From contig PKER01000009.1 in assembly GCA_002919115.1 (NCBI GenBank), positions 1-30,925 of the forward strand: 30,925 nt of DNA, given 5' to 3'. The notes beneath the pieces are model-generated. The model saw nothing but the letters and a program-made list of their open reading frames with translations. It did no database searches and was not told where the DNA came from. Below are positions 8,479 through 16,959 of the stretch, piece after piece (position 1 is the stretch's first letter; the number at the start of each line of letters is the position of its first letter). Source of the DNA: a bacterium (lineage in GTDB: Bacteria; Actinomycetota; Thermoleophilia; Solirubrobacterales; 70-9). The position numbers were made by a program, and so were the translations under genes.

Positions 8479-10044
8479 TCACTTGACGAGTTCGCGCGCC
8501 TGAAGTGCCAGCCAAAGCTCGATCCGATCCGTGGCGCGCCCGAGGTCGCGACCGGTGAGCTCCTCGATCTTGCGGATCCGGTACCGGAGCGTGTGCCGGT
8601 GGCAGTACAGCTGCCGCGCCGCGCGCTCCCAGTTGCCGTTGTTCTCGATGAAGGCCTCGAGCGAGCGCAGAAGCTCTCCCCCGTACTCGCCCTCGCCGCG
8701 CTCGATCGGCTCGAGCAGGCCGTCCGCATACAGCCGCAGGGCCTCGTCGTCCTGGAGGGCGAGCAGCAGCGTGAACGCGCCGAGGTCGCGGTGCGAGGCG
8801 ACGTCCGGCGCGTCGCCGTTCTCGTTGAACGACGTGGCCTCGAGCGCGCAGCGCGCCTCGTGGAAGCCGCGGCGCAGCGATCCCACGCTGACCGGCCGGC
8901 TGGCCGCGGCACGCACCTCGGGCGCCGTGGGCAACAGCGCGCTGCGGGCGTGGCGCGCGATCTCGATCGGGTCGCGGTCGCCCGGCACGATCGCGCACAA
9001 AAGCGGGCTGCCGGCCGCAGCCGTGGTCGCGACGAGCGCGGCCACGCCCTGCTCGTCGAGCGCGCCCTCGAGGACGGGCTCCGCCCCCGTCGGGTCCTCG
9101 AGCTCGAAGACCAGCACGGCGCCCTCCTCGTGGATCCCGAAGGGGCGCAGGCGCCCGCCGAGCTCCTGCGGGGTGAAGCGCCCGCTCAGCGCGTCGGCGA
9201 GCAGGTCGCCGGCCAGGCGGCGCTCGGTCTCCCGCACGACGCGCTCGCGCATGAGCTCGAGCCCGACCACGATCGAGGCCTGGCGCGCGATCAGGCGCTC
9301 GAAGTCGCCGAGCGGCGAGCGCTCGCTCACGACCACGAGCCAGCCCGCGGCGGGCGCGCCGCGGCGACCGGGCACCGGCACCGCGAGCGCGCGGTCGCGC
9401 AGCGTCGACTGGTCCGGCTCGAACGCCGCCGGGGGACGCCCCTGAGCGTTGCGCTCGGCGAGCTCGGCGCCGAGCGCCTTGGCCGTGGCGGGCGTGACCA
9501 CGCCGCGCTGCGGGTGCCGCGCGACCTCCTCGCCCGTGCCGTCGAAGACGATCGCCGCCCCGCCGATCGAGCCCGCGATGGAAGTCGTGATCCCGCGCAG
9601 GCCGGCGTCCTCGATCACGAGGCGCTCGAGCCGCTCGTGCACCTGCGTGCTGCGCTCGAGCAGGTCGTAATGCTCGTTGACCAGGGTCCGCGCCGCGCGC
9701 TCGGTGATCGCGATGAACGGCATCTCGTAGGGGACCTCGAAGAGCGGCATGGCCCGCTCTTGGGCCGCCTCGAGCAGCGCCTTCGGCAGCCGCTTGTGGT
9801 CGAAGCCCGTGCCGAAGCCGAGGCCCGCGACGCCGGCCTCGTCCAGCAGCGCGACGAACCGCCGCAGGGCGTCGTCGGTCTCCAGCCGGTACCCCGTGGT
9901 CAGGACGAGCTCGCCACCGAGCAGCCAGGGCGTGGGGTCGGGGTGCTCGGTGGAATGGACCCACCGGAGGCGACGGTCGCCGTTCTCAGCGCCGGCGGCC
10001 AGCTCAAGGCCGCAGTCGGATACGAGCGACGAGACGGTGAGCAT
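8479..10044 (-). CDS. PucR family transcriptional regulator
   Basis: N-terminal PucR ligand-binding domain ('LRWVHSTE..DPTPWL.GGELVLTTG'), degenerate GGDEF-like middle region, C-terminal HTH 'AARQLYCHRHTLRYRIRKIEELTG'. Confidence 0.92.
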   Translation of the reverse strand: MLTVSSLVSDCGLELAAGAENGDRRLRWVHSTEHPDPTPWLLGGELVLTTGYRLETDDALRRFVALLDEAGVAGLGFGTGFDHKRLPKALLEAAQERAMPLFEVPYEMPFIAITERAARTLVNEHYDLLERSTQVHERLERLVIEDAGLRGITTSIAGSIGGAAIVFDGTGEEVARHPQRGVVTPATAKALGAELAERNAQGRPPAAFEPDQSTLRDRALAVPVPGRRGAPAAGWLVVVSERSPLGDFERLIARQASIVVGLELMRERVVRETERRLAGDLLADALSGRFTPQELGGRLRPFGIHEEGAVLVFELEDPTGAEPVLEGALDEQGVAALVATTAAAGSPLLCAIVPGDRDPIEIARHARSALLPTAPEVRAAASRPVSVGSLRRGFHEARCALEATSFNENGDAPDVASHRDLGAFTLLLALQDDEALRLYADGLLEPIERGEGEYGGELLRSLEAFIENNGNWERAARQLYCHRHTLRYRIRKIEELTGRDLGRATDRIELWLALQARELVK

Positions 10045-10077
10045 CGCCCCGGCGGGTCCGAACCCAGCGCGGGGCGA

Positions 10078-11469
10078 TCAGCCCCGCGCCTGCACCTTCT
10101 GCCAGGCCTCCTCGAGAACGGGCCGCAGGACCCCCTCGATCTCCTCGAACTGCTCGGTGTCGCAGATCAAGGGCGGCGAGAGCTGGACGACGGGGTCGCC
10201 GCGGTCGTCCGCGCGGCAGATCAGGCCGCGGCGGTAGAGCTCCCCGGAGAGGAAGCCGCGCAGGAGCCACTCCGACTCCTCGTCGTTGAAGGTCTCCTTC
10301 GTCTCCTGGTCCTTGACGAGCTCGATGGCGTGGAAGAACCCGGCGCCGCGGACGTCGCCCACGATCGGGATGTCGCGCAGCCCCTCGAGCATCTGCCGGA
10401 ACTCGGCCTCGCGCTCGCGCACGTGGCCGCAGATGTCCTCGCGCTCGAAGATGTCGAGGTTGGCGAGCGCGGCCGCGGCGGCGACCGGGTGCCCCGCGAA
10501 CGTGAACCCGTGGACGAACGAGTTCGTGCCCTCGCTGAACGGCTCGAAGACCTTGTCCGAGGCGATCAGGGCGCCCATCGGCGCGTAGGCCGAGGTGATG
10601 CCCTTCGCCGTCGTGATCAGGTCGGGCTGGTAGCCATACCGCTCGCAGCCGAAGTAGTAGCCGATGCGGCCCCAGGCGCAGATGACCTCGTCGGAGATCA
10701 GCAGCACGTCGTACTCGTCGCAGATCTCCCGCACGCGCTGGAAGTAGCCCTCCTGCGGCGTGAAGCAGCCGCCGGCGTTCTGGACCGGCTCGAGGATCAC
10801 CGCGGCGACGGTCTCCGGGCCCTCGAACTCGATGCGCTCGGCGATCTTGTCGGCGGCCCAGAGCGGGTCGCGGTCCTCCGGCCAGCGGTACTCGTTCGTG
10901 TTCGGCACGTGGCAGCCGCCGGGCGCGAACGGCTCGAACGGCGCGCGCAGCGGCGTGAGGCCGGTGGCCGAGAGGGCGCCCATGCTGGTGCCGTGGTAGG
11001 CGATCTCGCGGGCGATGACCTTGTGCTTCTGGCCCTTGCCCTGGAGGCGGAAGTACTGGCGGGCCAGCTTCAGCGCGGACTCGACCGCCTCGCTGCCGCC
11101 GGAGGTGAAGAAGACGTGGTTGAGGTCACCGGGCGCGAGCTCGGCGATCCGCGCCGCGAGCTCGATCGCGCGCGGGTGCGCGTAGCTCCAGTTGGTGGTG
11201 AAGTCGAGCTCGGCTACCTGGCGGGCCATCGCCTCGCCGATCTCGGTGCGCCCGTGGCCGATGTTCGAGCAGAAGAGCCCGGAGAGGCCATCCAGGTAGC
11301 GGTTGCCTTCGACGTCCCAGACGTACGGCCCCTCGCCGCGCTCGATGATCGGGATGGGATGCTCGTCGTCGTACCCGCCCATGCGCGTGAAGTGCATCCA
11401 CAGGTGCTTTCGTGCGAGCTCCTGAAGCTGCGCGCTCCGCGTTTCGGTGGATGCAGTGCTGGTGGCCAT
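10078..11469 (-). CDS. Class-III PLP aminotransferase (putrescine/polyamine:pyruvate aminotransferase, SpuC-like)
   Basis: 'YLDGLSGLF', 'FTSGGSEAVE', 'AYHGTS', 'SDEVICAWGR', PLP lysine in 'TTAKGITS', 'HGFTFAGHP'. GGAGG RBS. The substrate is inferred from gene context. Confidence 0.88.
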   Translation of the reverse strand: MATSTASTETRSAQLQELARKHLWMHFTRMGGYDDEHPIPIIERGEGPYVWDVEGNRYLDGLSGLFCSNIGHGRTEIGEAMARQVAELDFTTNWSYAHPRAIELAARIAELAPGDLNHVFFTSGGSEAVESALKLARQYFRLQGKGQKHKVIAREIAYHGTSMGALSATGLTPLRAPFEPFAPGGCHVPNTNEYRWPEDRDPLWAADKIAERIEFEGPETVAAVILEPVQNAGGCFTPQEGYFQRVREICDEYDVLLISDEVICAWGRIGYYFGCERYGYQPDLITTAKGITSAYAPMGALIASDKVFEPFSEGTNSFVHGFTFAGHPVAAAAALANLDIFEREDICGHVREREAEFRQMLEGLRDIPIVGDVRGAGFFHAIELVKDQETKETFNDEESEWLLRGFLSGELYRRGLICRADDRGDPVVQLSPPLICDTEQFEEIEGVLRPVLEEAWQKVQARG

Positions 11470-11512
11470 TTACTCCGCCTCCGTGTCGAGTTGGAATCCG
11501 ACGTTCCGTACA

Positions 11513-11541
11513 ACCGTAGCCCGAGACGAAATCGCATACAA
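11513..11541 (-). promoter_or_regulatory. Leftward promoter for the aminotransferase-pucR-ald-patD operon
   Basis: On the minus strand: -35 TTGTAT (11541-11536), 17-nt spacer, -10 TACGGT (11518-11513). Confidence 0.6.
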
Positions 11542-11572
11542 GCGATGTACGGTTCAACGTCGCGGCGCCGCT

Positions 11573-11589
11573 TTATACGTTCTGTACAA
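11573..11589. promoter_or_regulatory. Candidate PucR-family operator palindrome
   Basis: TTATAC-N5-GTACAA (one mismatch from a perfect palindrome), centred at 11581 between the divergent promoters. Confidence 0.55.
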
Positions 11590-11620
11590 GCTGGTTTGGA
11601 CGTTTTGGGAGTTTCGCCCC

Positions 11621-11649
11621 TTGCGTGTACGTGGACCTGCCCCTAGCCT
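11621..11649 (+). promoter_or_regulatory. Rightward promoter for the pot operon
   Basis: -35 TTGCGT (11621-11626), 17-nt spacer, -10 TAGCCT (11644-11649). Confidence 0.62.
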
Positions 11650-11737
11650 GAGCGGAAAGTGAGGCGCGCGAACGCTAGACGAGCCGTAGCAAGCGGGCCC
11701 ACCGGCGAGCGGGAGAAGAGAGAACGGAGGAGGCGGT

Positions 11738-12946
11738 TTGGACGGAACGGCGGCTGATCCGAGGGCCGCGAACGGCGCCGGCAGCACACCCAGCGTCTCG
11801 CTGCGGGGGGTGAGCAAGGCATTCGGCGACTTCGTCGCCGTCCAGGAGATGGACCTGGACATCGCGCAGGGCGAGTTCTTCACGATGCTCGGCCCCTCGG
11901 GCTGCGGCAAGACGACGACCCTGCGGATGATCGCCGGCTTCGAGGAGCCGACCACCGGGCAGATCTTCATCGACGGGCAGAGCGTCGAGGACCTCCCCGC
12001 GCACAAGCGCCCGACCAATACGGTCTTCCAGAGCTACGCGCTCTTCCCCCACCTCAGCGTCGGCGAGAACGTCGCCTTCGGGCTCAAGCGCAAGGGCGTG
12101 CCCAAGGACGAGATCGACCGCCGCGTCCGCGAGGAGCTGGAGCGCGTCGGCCTCGCCCAGCACATCAACCGCAAGCCGTCCCAGCTCTCGGGCGGCATGC
12201 AGCAGCGCGTCGCGCTCGCGCGGGCGCTCGTCAACCTCCCCAAGGTGCTGCTCTTGGACGAGCCGCTCGGCGCCCTCGACCTCAAGCTTCGCAAGGGCCT
12301 GCAGATCGAGCTCAAGCGCATCCAGCGCGAGGTCGGCATCACGTTCATCTACGTGACGCACGACCAGGAGGAGGCGCTCACGATGTCCGACCGCATCGCG
12401 GTCATGAACGAGGGGCGCATCGAGCAGTGCGACGCCCCGGTGGCCGTGTACGAGAAGCCCGCGACCACGTTCGTGGCCGGGTTCATCGGCGTCTCCAACC
12501 TGATGCCGGCGGTCGTCGAGCACGTGAACGGCACCCGCGCGCGGGTGCGGCTCGACGCGGGCATCGAGATCGAGGCCGAGAACAACGGCCTGCAGACCGG
12601 CGACCGCTGCCACGCGGTCGTCCGGCCCGAGAAGCTGCGCATCGACGCGCGCGACGGGACCCCGCCGGACGGCTGGCCGCGGGTCGACGGCGTGGTCGAG
12701 TCGTCCGTGTACCTCGGCACCTCGACGCAGATCGTGGTGCGTCTGGCCGGTGACGTGCCGATGACGGTGCTGGTCCCGAACTCCGACGAGCGCGAGCGCA
12801 ACCGGCTGCCCGGCGGCGGCGCGGACGTGCGCCTGAGCTGGGCGCCCGAGCACATCCACCTCGTGCGCGAGTCCGGCACCGCGCCCGCGGCCGCCGCCCA
12901 GCGCGAACCCGAAACTCAAATCGCCCAGGAGGCAACCACCCAGTGA
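11738..12946 (+). CDS. potA: Spermidine/putrescine ABC transporter ATP-binding protein
   Basis: Walker A 'GPSGCGKT', '[12 protein letters not shown]', signature '[15 protein letters not shown]', Walker B 'LLLDEP', TOBE-type C-terminus. TTG start with GGAGGAGG RBS. Confidence 0.92.
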   Translation: MDGTAADPRAANGAGSTPSVSLRGVSKAFGDFVAVQEMDLDIAQGEFFTMLGPSGCGKTTTLRMIAGFEEPTTGQIFIDGQSVEDLPAHKRPTNTVFQSYALFPHLSVGENVAFGLKRKGVPKDEIDRRVREELERVGLAQHINRKPSQLSGGMQQRVALARALVNLPKVLLLDEPLGALDLKLRKGLQIELKRIQREVGITFIYVTHDQEEALTMSDRIAVMNEGRIEQCDAPVAVYEKPATTFVAGFIGVSNLMPAVVEHVNGTRARVRLDAGIEIEAENNGLQTGDRCHAVVRPEKLRIDARDGTPPDGWPRVDGVVESSVYLGTSTQIVVRLAGDVPMTVLVPNSDERERNRLPGGGADVRLSWAPEHIHLVRESGTAPAAAAQREPETQIAQEATTQ

Positions 12947-14115
12947 CCGAGAGAGAGGCGGGCCCCATGAAGGGCTTCAAGAAGCTGCTGTTCGGCGTGG
13001 CGATGCTGATCGCCGCGCTCGTCGTGGCCGCGTGCGGCAGCGAAGGCGGAATCGAGGGAGGCAAGGACGAAGGCGAGGTCCCGGTCGCCAAGGCCGAGGG
13101 CGAGCCCTCGGGGACGGTCAAGATCGCGAACTGGCCCTTCTACATCGACCGCAAGACCGTCCCCGAGTTCGAGCGGGAGACCGGGATCAAGGTGCAGTAC
13201 GTCGAGGAGGTCAACGACAACAACGACTTCCTCGCCAAGGTCCAGCCGCAGCTCCAGCGGGGTGAGTCGGGCGGCCGCGACATCATGATCGTCACCGACT
13301 GGATGGCGAACCGGATGCGCGAGCTGGGCTACCTCCAGGACTTCGACGAGGAAGCGATCGCGCCGGCGAAGGCGAACCTGGTGCCGCAGCTTGCGAGCCC
13401 CGCGTTCGACCCGGAGCGCAAGTTCTCGCTGCCGTGGCAGAGCGGCATGACGGGCCTCGTCGTCAACAAGGCCAAGGCGCCCGACGTCACCTCGATCAAC
13501 GACCTCTTCGACCCGAAGTACAAGGGCCGGGTCGAGATGCTCAACGAGATGCGCGACACCGTGCCGCTCGTGATGATGGCCGACGGCGTCCGCCCGGAGG
13601 ACGCCACCGAGGAAGACTGGATGAACACCATCGAGAAGATCCGCGAGGCGGCCGAGTCCGGGCAGATCCGCAAGTTCACGGGCAACGACTACACCCGTGA
13701 CCTGGCCAACGGCGACGCCGTCGCGGTGATCGGCTGGTCCGGCGACGCGGTCCAGCTCCAGGCGGACAACCCGGACATCCAGTTCGTGATGCCCGACGAG
13801 GGCTGCACGCTGTGGTCGGACAACATGGTCATCCCGGTGGGCGCGCCGAACCCGACCGCGGCCTACGCCTGGATGAACTACGTCTACGACCCGGAGAACC
13901 AGGCCCAGATCGCGGACTACAACTACTACTTCACCCCGGTCAAGGGCACGAAGGAGGTGCTCGAGCGCATGGGCTCGGACGCCGCGAAGAGCGAGCTCGT
14001 GTTCCCGACCGAGGAGTACACCGCCAACTGCTCGACCCAGGACGAGCCGCCGGGAGGCCCCGAGGTCGTGCGCAAGGTCGAGCAGGCCTGGCAGGACGTG
14101 ATCACTGGCGCGTGA
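12943..14115 (+). CDS. potD: Spermidine/putrescine ABC transporter substrate-binding lipoprotein
   Basis: Lipobox 'LVVAAC', 'ANWPFYID', 'PWQSGMTGL', 'AVIGWSGD', 'LWSDNMVIP'. GTGA overlap with potA; an alternative start is ATG 12967. Confidence 0.9.
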   Translation: MTEREAGPMKGFKKLLFGVAMLIAALVVAACGSEGGIEGGKDEGEVPVAKAEGEPSGTVKIANWPFYIDRKTVPEFERETGIKVQYVEEVNDNNDFLAKVQPQLQRGESGGRDIMIVTDWMANRMRELGYLQDFDEEAIAPAKANLVPQLASPAFDPERKFSLPWQSGMTGLVVNKAKAPDVTSINDLFDPKYKGRVEMLNEMRDTVPLVMMADGVRPEDATEEDWMNTIEKIREAAESGQIRKFTGNDYTRDLANGDAVAVIGWSGDAVQLQADNPDIQFVMPDEGCTLWSDNMVIPVGAPNPTAAYAWMNYVYDPENQAQIADYNYYFTPVKGTKEVLERMGSDAAKSELVFPTEEYTANCSTQDEPPGGPEVVRKVEQAWQDVITGA

Positions 14116-14190
14116 TCGGCGGCTGATCGACGCGCACTCAGGGAGGCACGCAGGGATGAAGACGGCGACGGACCGCACGGAGGGGAGCCG

Positions 14191-15063
14191 GTGAGCACGG
14201 TCCGTCGCCGTCTTGTGCCCTACTTCCTGATGGGGCCGGGCCTCGTCTGGCTCATCCTCTTCTTCGTCGTCCCCCTCTACTTCATGGGGCGGCTCGCGCT
14301 CGAGTCGGGCACGCTCGCCACCGGCTTCGAGTTCACCTGGGAGTTCGCGAACTTCACCGACTCGTTCGACCGCTTCGACGAGCAGTTCGTGCGCTCGTTC
14401 GTGTACGCGGGGGTGGCGACGGTGATCGCGCTCCTGATCGCCTACCCGCTCGCCTACGCGATCGCGTTCCGCGGCGGGCGCTGGAAGAACGCCCTGCTGC
14501 TCGCGGTGGTGGCGCCGTTCTTCACGACGTACCTGATCCGCACGATCGCGTGGACGACGATCCTGAGCGACGACAGCGTGATCGTGGACGTCCTGAAGGC
14601 GGTCGGGCTGCTCGGCGACGAGGGGCGCCTGCTGGCGACGCCCACCGCCGTGATCGCGGGCCTCGTCTACAACTTCCTGCCCTTCATGGTGCTCCCCATC
14701 TACTCCAGCCTGGAGCGCATCGACGTCCGCCTGATCGAGGCGGCGAAGGACCTGTACGCGTCGGCGCGGGTGGCGTTCTGGAAGGTCACCCTGCCCCTGT
14801 CGATGCCGGGCGTCGTCGCGGGCACGCTGCTCACCTTCATCCCCGCCGCCGGCGACTACGTCAACGCCTTCTTCCTCGGCTCGATCAACCAGTCGATGAT
14901 CGGGAACCGCATCCAGTCGCTGTACTTGATGGAGCTCGACTACCCGACGGCGGCGGCGCTGTCGTTCATCCTGATGGCGGCGATCCTCGCTGTCGTCGTG
15001 GTGTACATCCGCTTCGCGGGCGCTGAGGCGCTCATGGGCGACGAGGGGGAGCAGCGCGCATGA
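14191..15063 (+). CDS. potB: Spermidine/putrescine ABC transporter permease
   Basis: 'IAYPLAY', 'PFFTTYLIRTIAW', 'YNFLPFMVLPIY', EAA loop 'LIEAAKDLYA', 'LTFIPAAGDYV'. Confidence 0.92.
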   Translation: MSTVRRRLVPYFLMGPGLVWLILFFVVPLYFMGRLALESGTLATGFEFTWEFANFTDSFDRFDEQFVRSFVYAGVATVIALLIAYPLAYAIAFRGGRWKNALLLAVVAPFFTTYLIRTIAWTTILSDDSVIVDVLKAVGLLGDEGRLLATPTAVIAGLVYNFLPFMVLPIYSSLERIDVRLIEAAKDLYASARVAFWKVTLPLSMPGVVAGTLLTFIPAAGDYVNAFFLGSINQSMIGNRIQSLYLMELDYPTAAALSFILMAAILAVVVVYIRFAGAEALMGDEGEQRA

Positions 15064-15941
15064 TCGGCCGCGCCTGGAAGTGGCTTCGCCGCAACGCGAT
15101 CGTCATCTACGGCGTGATCGCGGTCCTGTACCTGCTGCTGCCGCTGTTTCTGATCGCGGTCTTCTCGTTCAACGACCCGTCGGGGAAGTTCAACTACACG
15201 TGGGAGGGCTTCACGCTCGACCACTGGAAGAACGCCTTCGGTATCCCCGACCTGACCGACGCGTTCATCACCAGCCTCCAGCTCGCGGCGCTCTCGACGG
15301 TCGTGGCGACGCTGCTCGGCACGCTGCTTGCGATGGGGCTCGTGCGCTACGAGTTCTTCGGGCGCAAGACGGCGAACTTCCTGATCGTGATCCCGATGGC
15401 GACGCCCGAGGTCGTGATCGGCGCAGCGCTGCTCTCGATGTTCCTGATCTACGGCATCAAGCTGGGCTTCACGACGCTCTTCATCGCCCACGTGATGTTC
15501 TCGATCAGCTTCGTGGTGGTCGTCGTGCGCTCGCGGCTGATCGGCTTCGACCGCCGGCTGGAGGAGGCGGCGCGCGACCTCGGGGCTAACGCGTTCGAGA
15601 CGTTCAGGCTGGTGACCCTGCCGCTGCTCATGCCGGGCATCGTCGGGGCCGCCCTGCTCTCCTTCGCCCTCTCGATCGACGACTTCGTGATCTCGCAGTT
15701 CAACGCGGGCGACACGGTCACGTTCCCGCTCTGGATCTACGGCGCGGCGCAGCGCGGCATCCCCGTCGAGGTCTACGTGATCGCGACGATGCTGTTCATC
15801 GCCACCGCCGCGGCCATGGTGTTCACGGTCTGGCAGCAGCGGCGCGCCGAGAAGATGGCGTGGATCCTCCCCGAGGAGGAGGTCGACGCGCGGCTCGAGG
15901 CCCGCCCGGGGCCGCCGGCGCCTGGCGTCCTCGGCGGTTGA
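15060..15941 (+). CDS. potC: Spermidine/putrescine ABC transporter permease
   Basis: 'FSFNDP', 'LLGTLLA', 'PEVVIG', EAA loop 'LEEAARDLGA', 'FALSIDDFVIS'. ATGA overlap with potB. Confidence 0.92.
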   Translation: MIGRAWKWLRRNAIVIYGVIAVLYLLLPLFLIAVFSFNDPSGKFNYTWEGFTLDHWKNAFGIPDLTDAFITSLQLAALSTVVATLLGTLLAMGLVRYEFFGRKTANFLIVIPMATPEVVIGAALLSMFLIYGIKLGFTTLFIAHVMFSISFVVVVVRSRLIGFDRRLEEAARDLGANAFETFRLVTLPLLMPGIVGAALLSFALSIDDFVISQFNAGDTVTFPLWIYGAAQRGIPVEVYVIATMLFIATAAAMVFTVWQQRRAEKMAWILPEEEVDARLEARPGPPAPGVLGG

Positions 15942-15999
15942 TCCGCACCGCCCGGCGCGTCTACACAACGCGGCGGGGCCAAGTCGTGATACTCAGAGG

Positions 16000-16782
16000 G
16001 TGATGGTCGATGGTTCCGCCCCTCGGCGTAGCGAGCGGCTCGCTGACGAGGAGGAGCTTCTCCGGCGCTACCACCGCACGCGGGACCCAGCGGTGCGCGA
16101 GGAGCTCGTCGCTCGCTTCATGCCGCTCGCTCGCAGCCTCGCCAACCGCTACGCGGGTGGCAGCGAGCCGACCGAGGACCTCCACCAGGTGGCGAGCCTG
16201 GGCCTCGTCAAGGCGATCGACGGCTTCGACCCCACGCTCGGCCACAGCTTCGCGAGCTACGCGGCGCCCACCATCCTCGGCGAGCTCAAGCGCCACTTCC
16301 GCGACCGCAGCCGCCAGGTCCACATGCCGCGCGGCCTGCAGGAGCGCATCGCGCTGATCGAGCGCGCGATCGACGAGCTGCCCACCGAGCTCGGCTACCA
16401 GCCGTCGGCCGCGCAGGTCGCCGAGCGCGTCGGGCTCTCGGTCGAGGAGGTGCTCGAGGCGATGGAGGCCGCGAGCGCCCGCCACACGTACTCGCTCGAG
16501 GCCAGCGTGAGCGCCGACGACGAGGAGGGGGCGCGCCTCGGCGACACGATCGGCGAGATCGACCCCGGCTACTCGACCGTCGAGTTCGGCGAGGCGATCT
16601 CACGCACGATCGCCTCGCTGAGCGAGCGCGAGCGGATGATCCTGCACCTGCGCTTCGTCGAGGACCTGACGCAGTCGGAGATCGCCAAGCGCGTCGGCAT
16701 CTCCCAGATGCACGTCTCCCGCCTCTTGCGCCGCGCCCTCGACCAGGTGCGCCGCCAGGTCCCCCGCGCCGAGGACGGCTGA
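16000..16782 (+). CDS. RNA polymerase sigma factor, SigB/SigF/SigG family
   Basis: 'REELVARFMPLARSLANRY', 'EDLHQVASLGLVKAIDGFDP', 'FASYAAPTILGELKRHFRD', and region-4 'LTQSEIAKRVGISQMHVSRLL'. Start is GTG 16000 or ATG 16003. Confidence 0.93.
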   Translation: MMVDGSAPRRSERLADEEELLRRYHRTRDPAVREELVARFMPLARSLANRYAGGSEPTEDLHQVASLGLVKAIDGFDPTLGHSFASYAAPTILGELKRHFRDRSRQVHMPRGLQERIALIERAIDELPTELGYQPSAAQVAERVGLSVEEVLEAMEAASARHTYSLEASVSADDEEGARLGDTIGEIDPGYSTVEFGEAISRTIASLSERERMILHLRFVEDLTQSEIAKRVGISQMHVSRLLRRALDQVRRQVPRAEDG

Positions 16783-16818
16783 CCCCCCGCACCGTTCAGG
16801 GGGCAGGGGCGGCCCCAA

Positions 16819-16931
16819 ACCGCACGTTCAGCCCTGGTGTTCGAAAAACGCACACTACGGCTGAACGTCCCGCCGGCCGGGACGTTCAGCCCACGTATGC
16901 GAAAAACGACGACCAGGGCTGAACGTGCGGT
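16819..16931. repeat. 113-bp imperfect palindrome (REP/REPIN- or MITE-like element)
   Basis: Perfect 20-bp terminal inverted repeat (16819-16838 / 16912-16931) and perfect 14-bp inner inverted repeat (16859-16872 / 16878-16891). The arms are collinear and contain a symmetric A5/A5 mismatch. Confidence 0.85.
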
Positions 16932-16959
16932 CGCGCGAGCGTCAACCGCGAACTCGCGC

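Noticed and set aside
3315-8486. Very long alternative-frame ORFs (1723 aa here; also 8593-11646, 25109-29650, 1987-4812, 19621-21333 and many shorter ones)
   Set aside because: They are antisense or frame-shifted shadows of well-supported genes. Stop codons are scarce at this GC content, and the translations are Arg/Gly/Ala/Pro-rich with no recognisable motifs.
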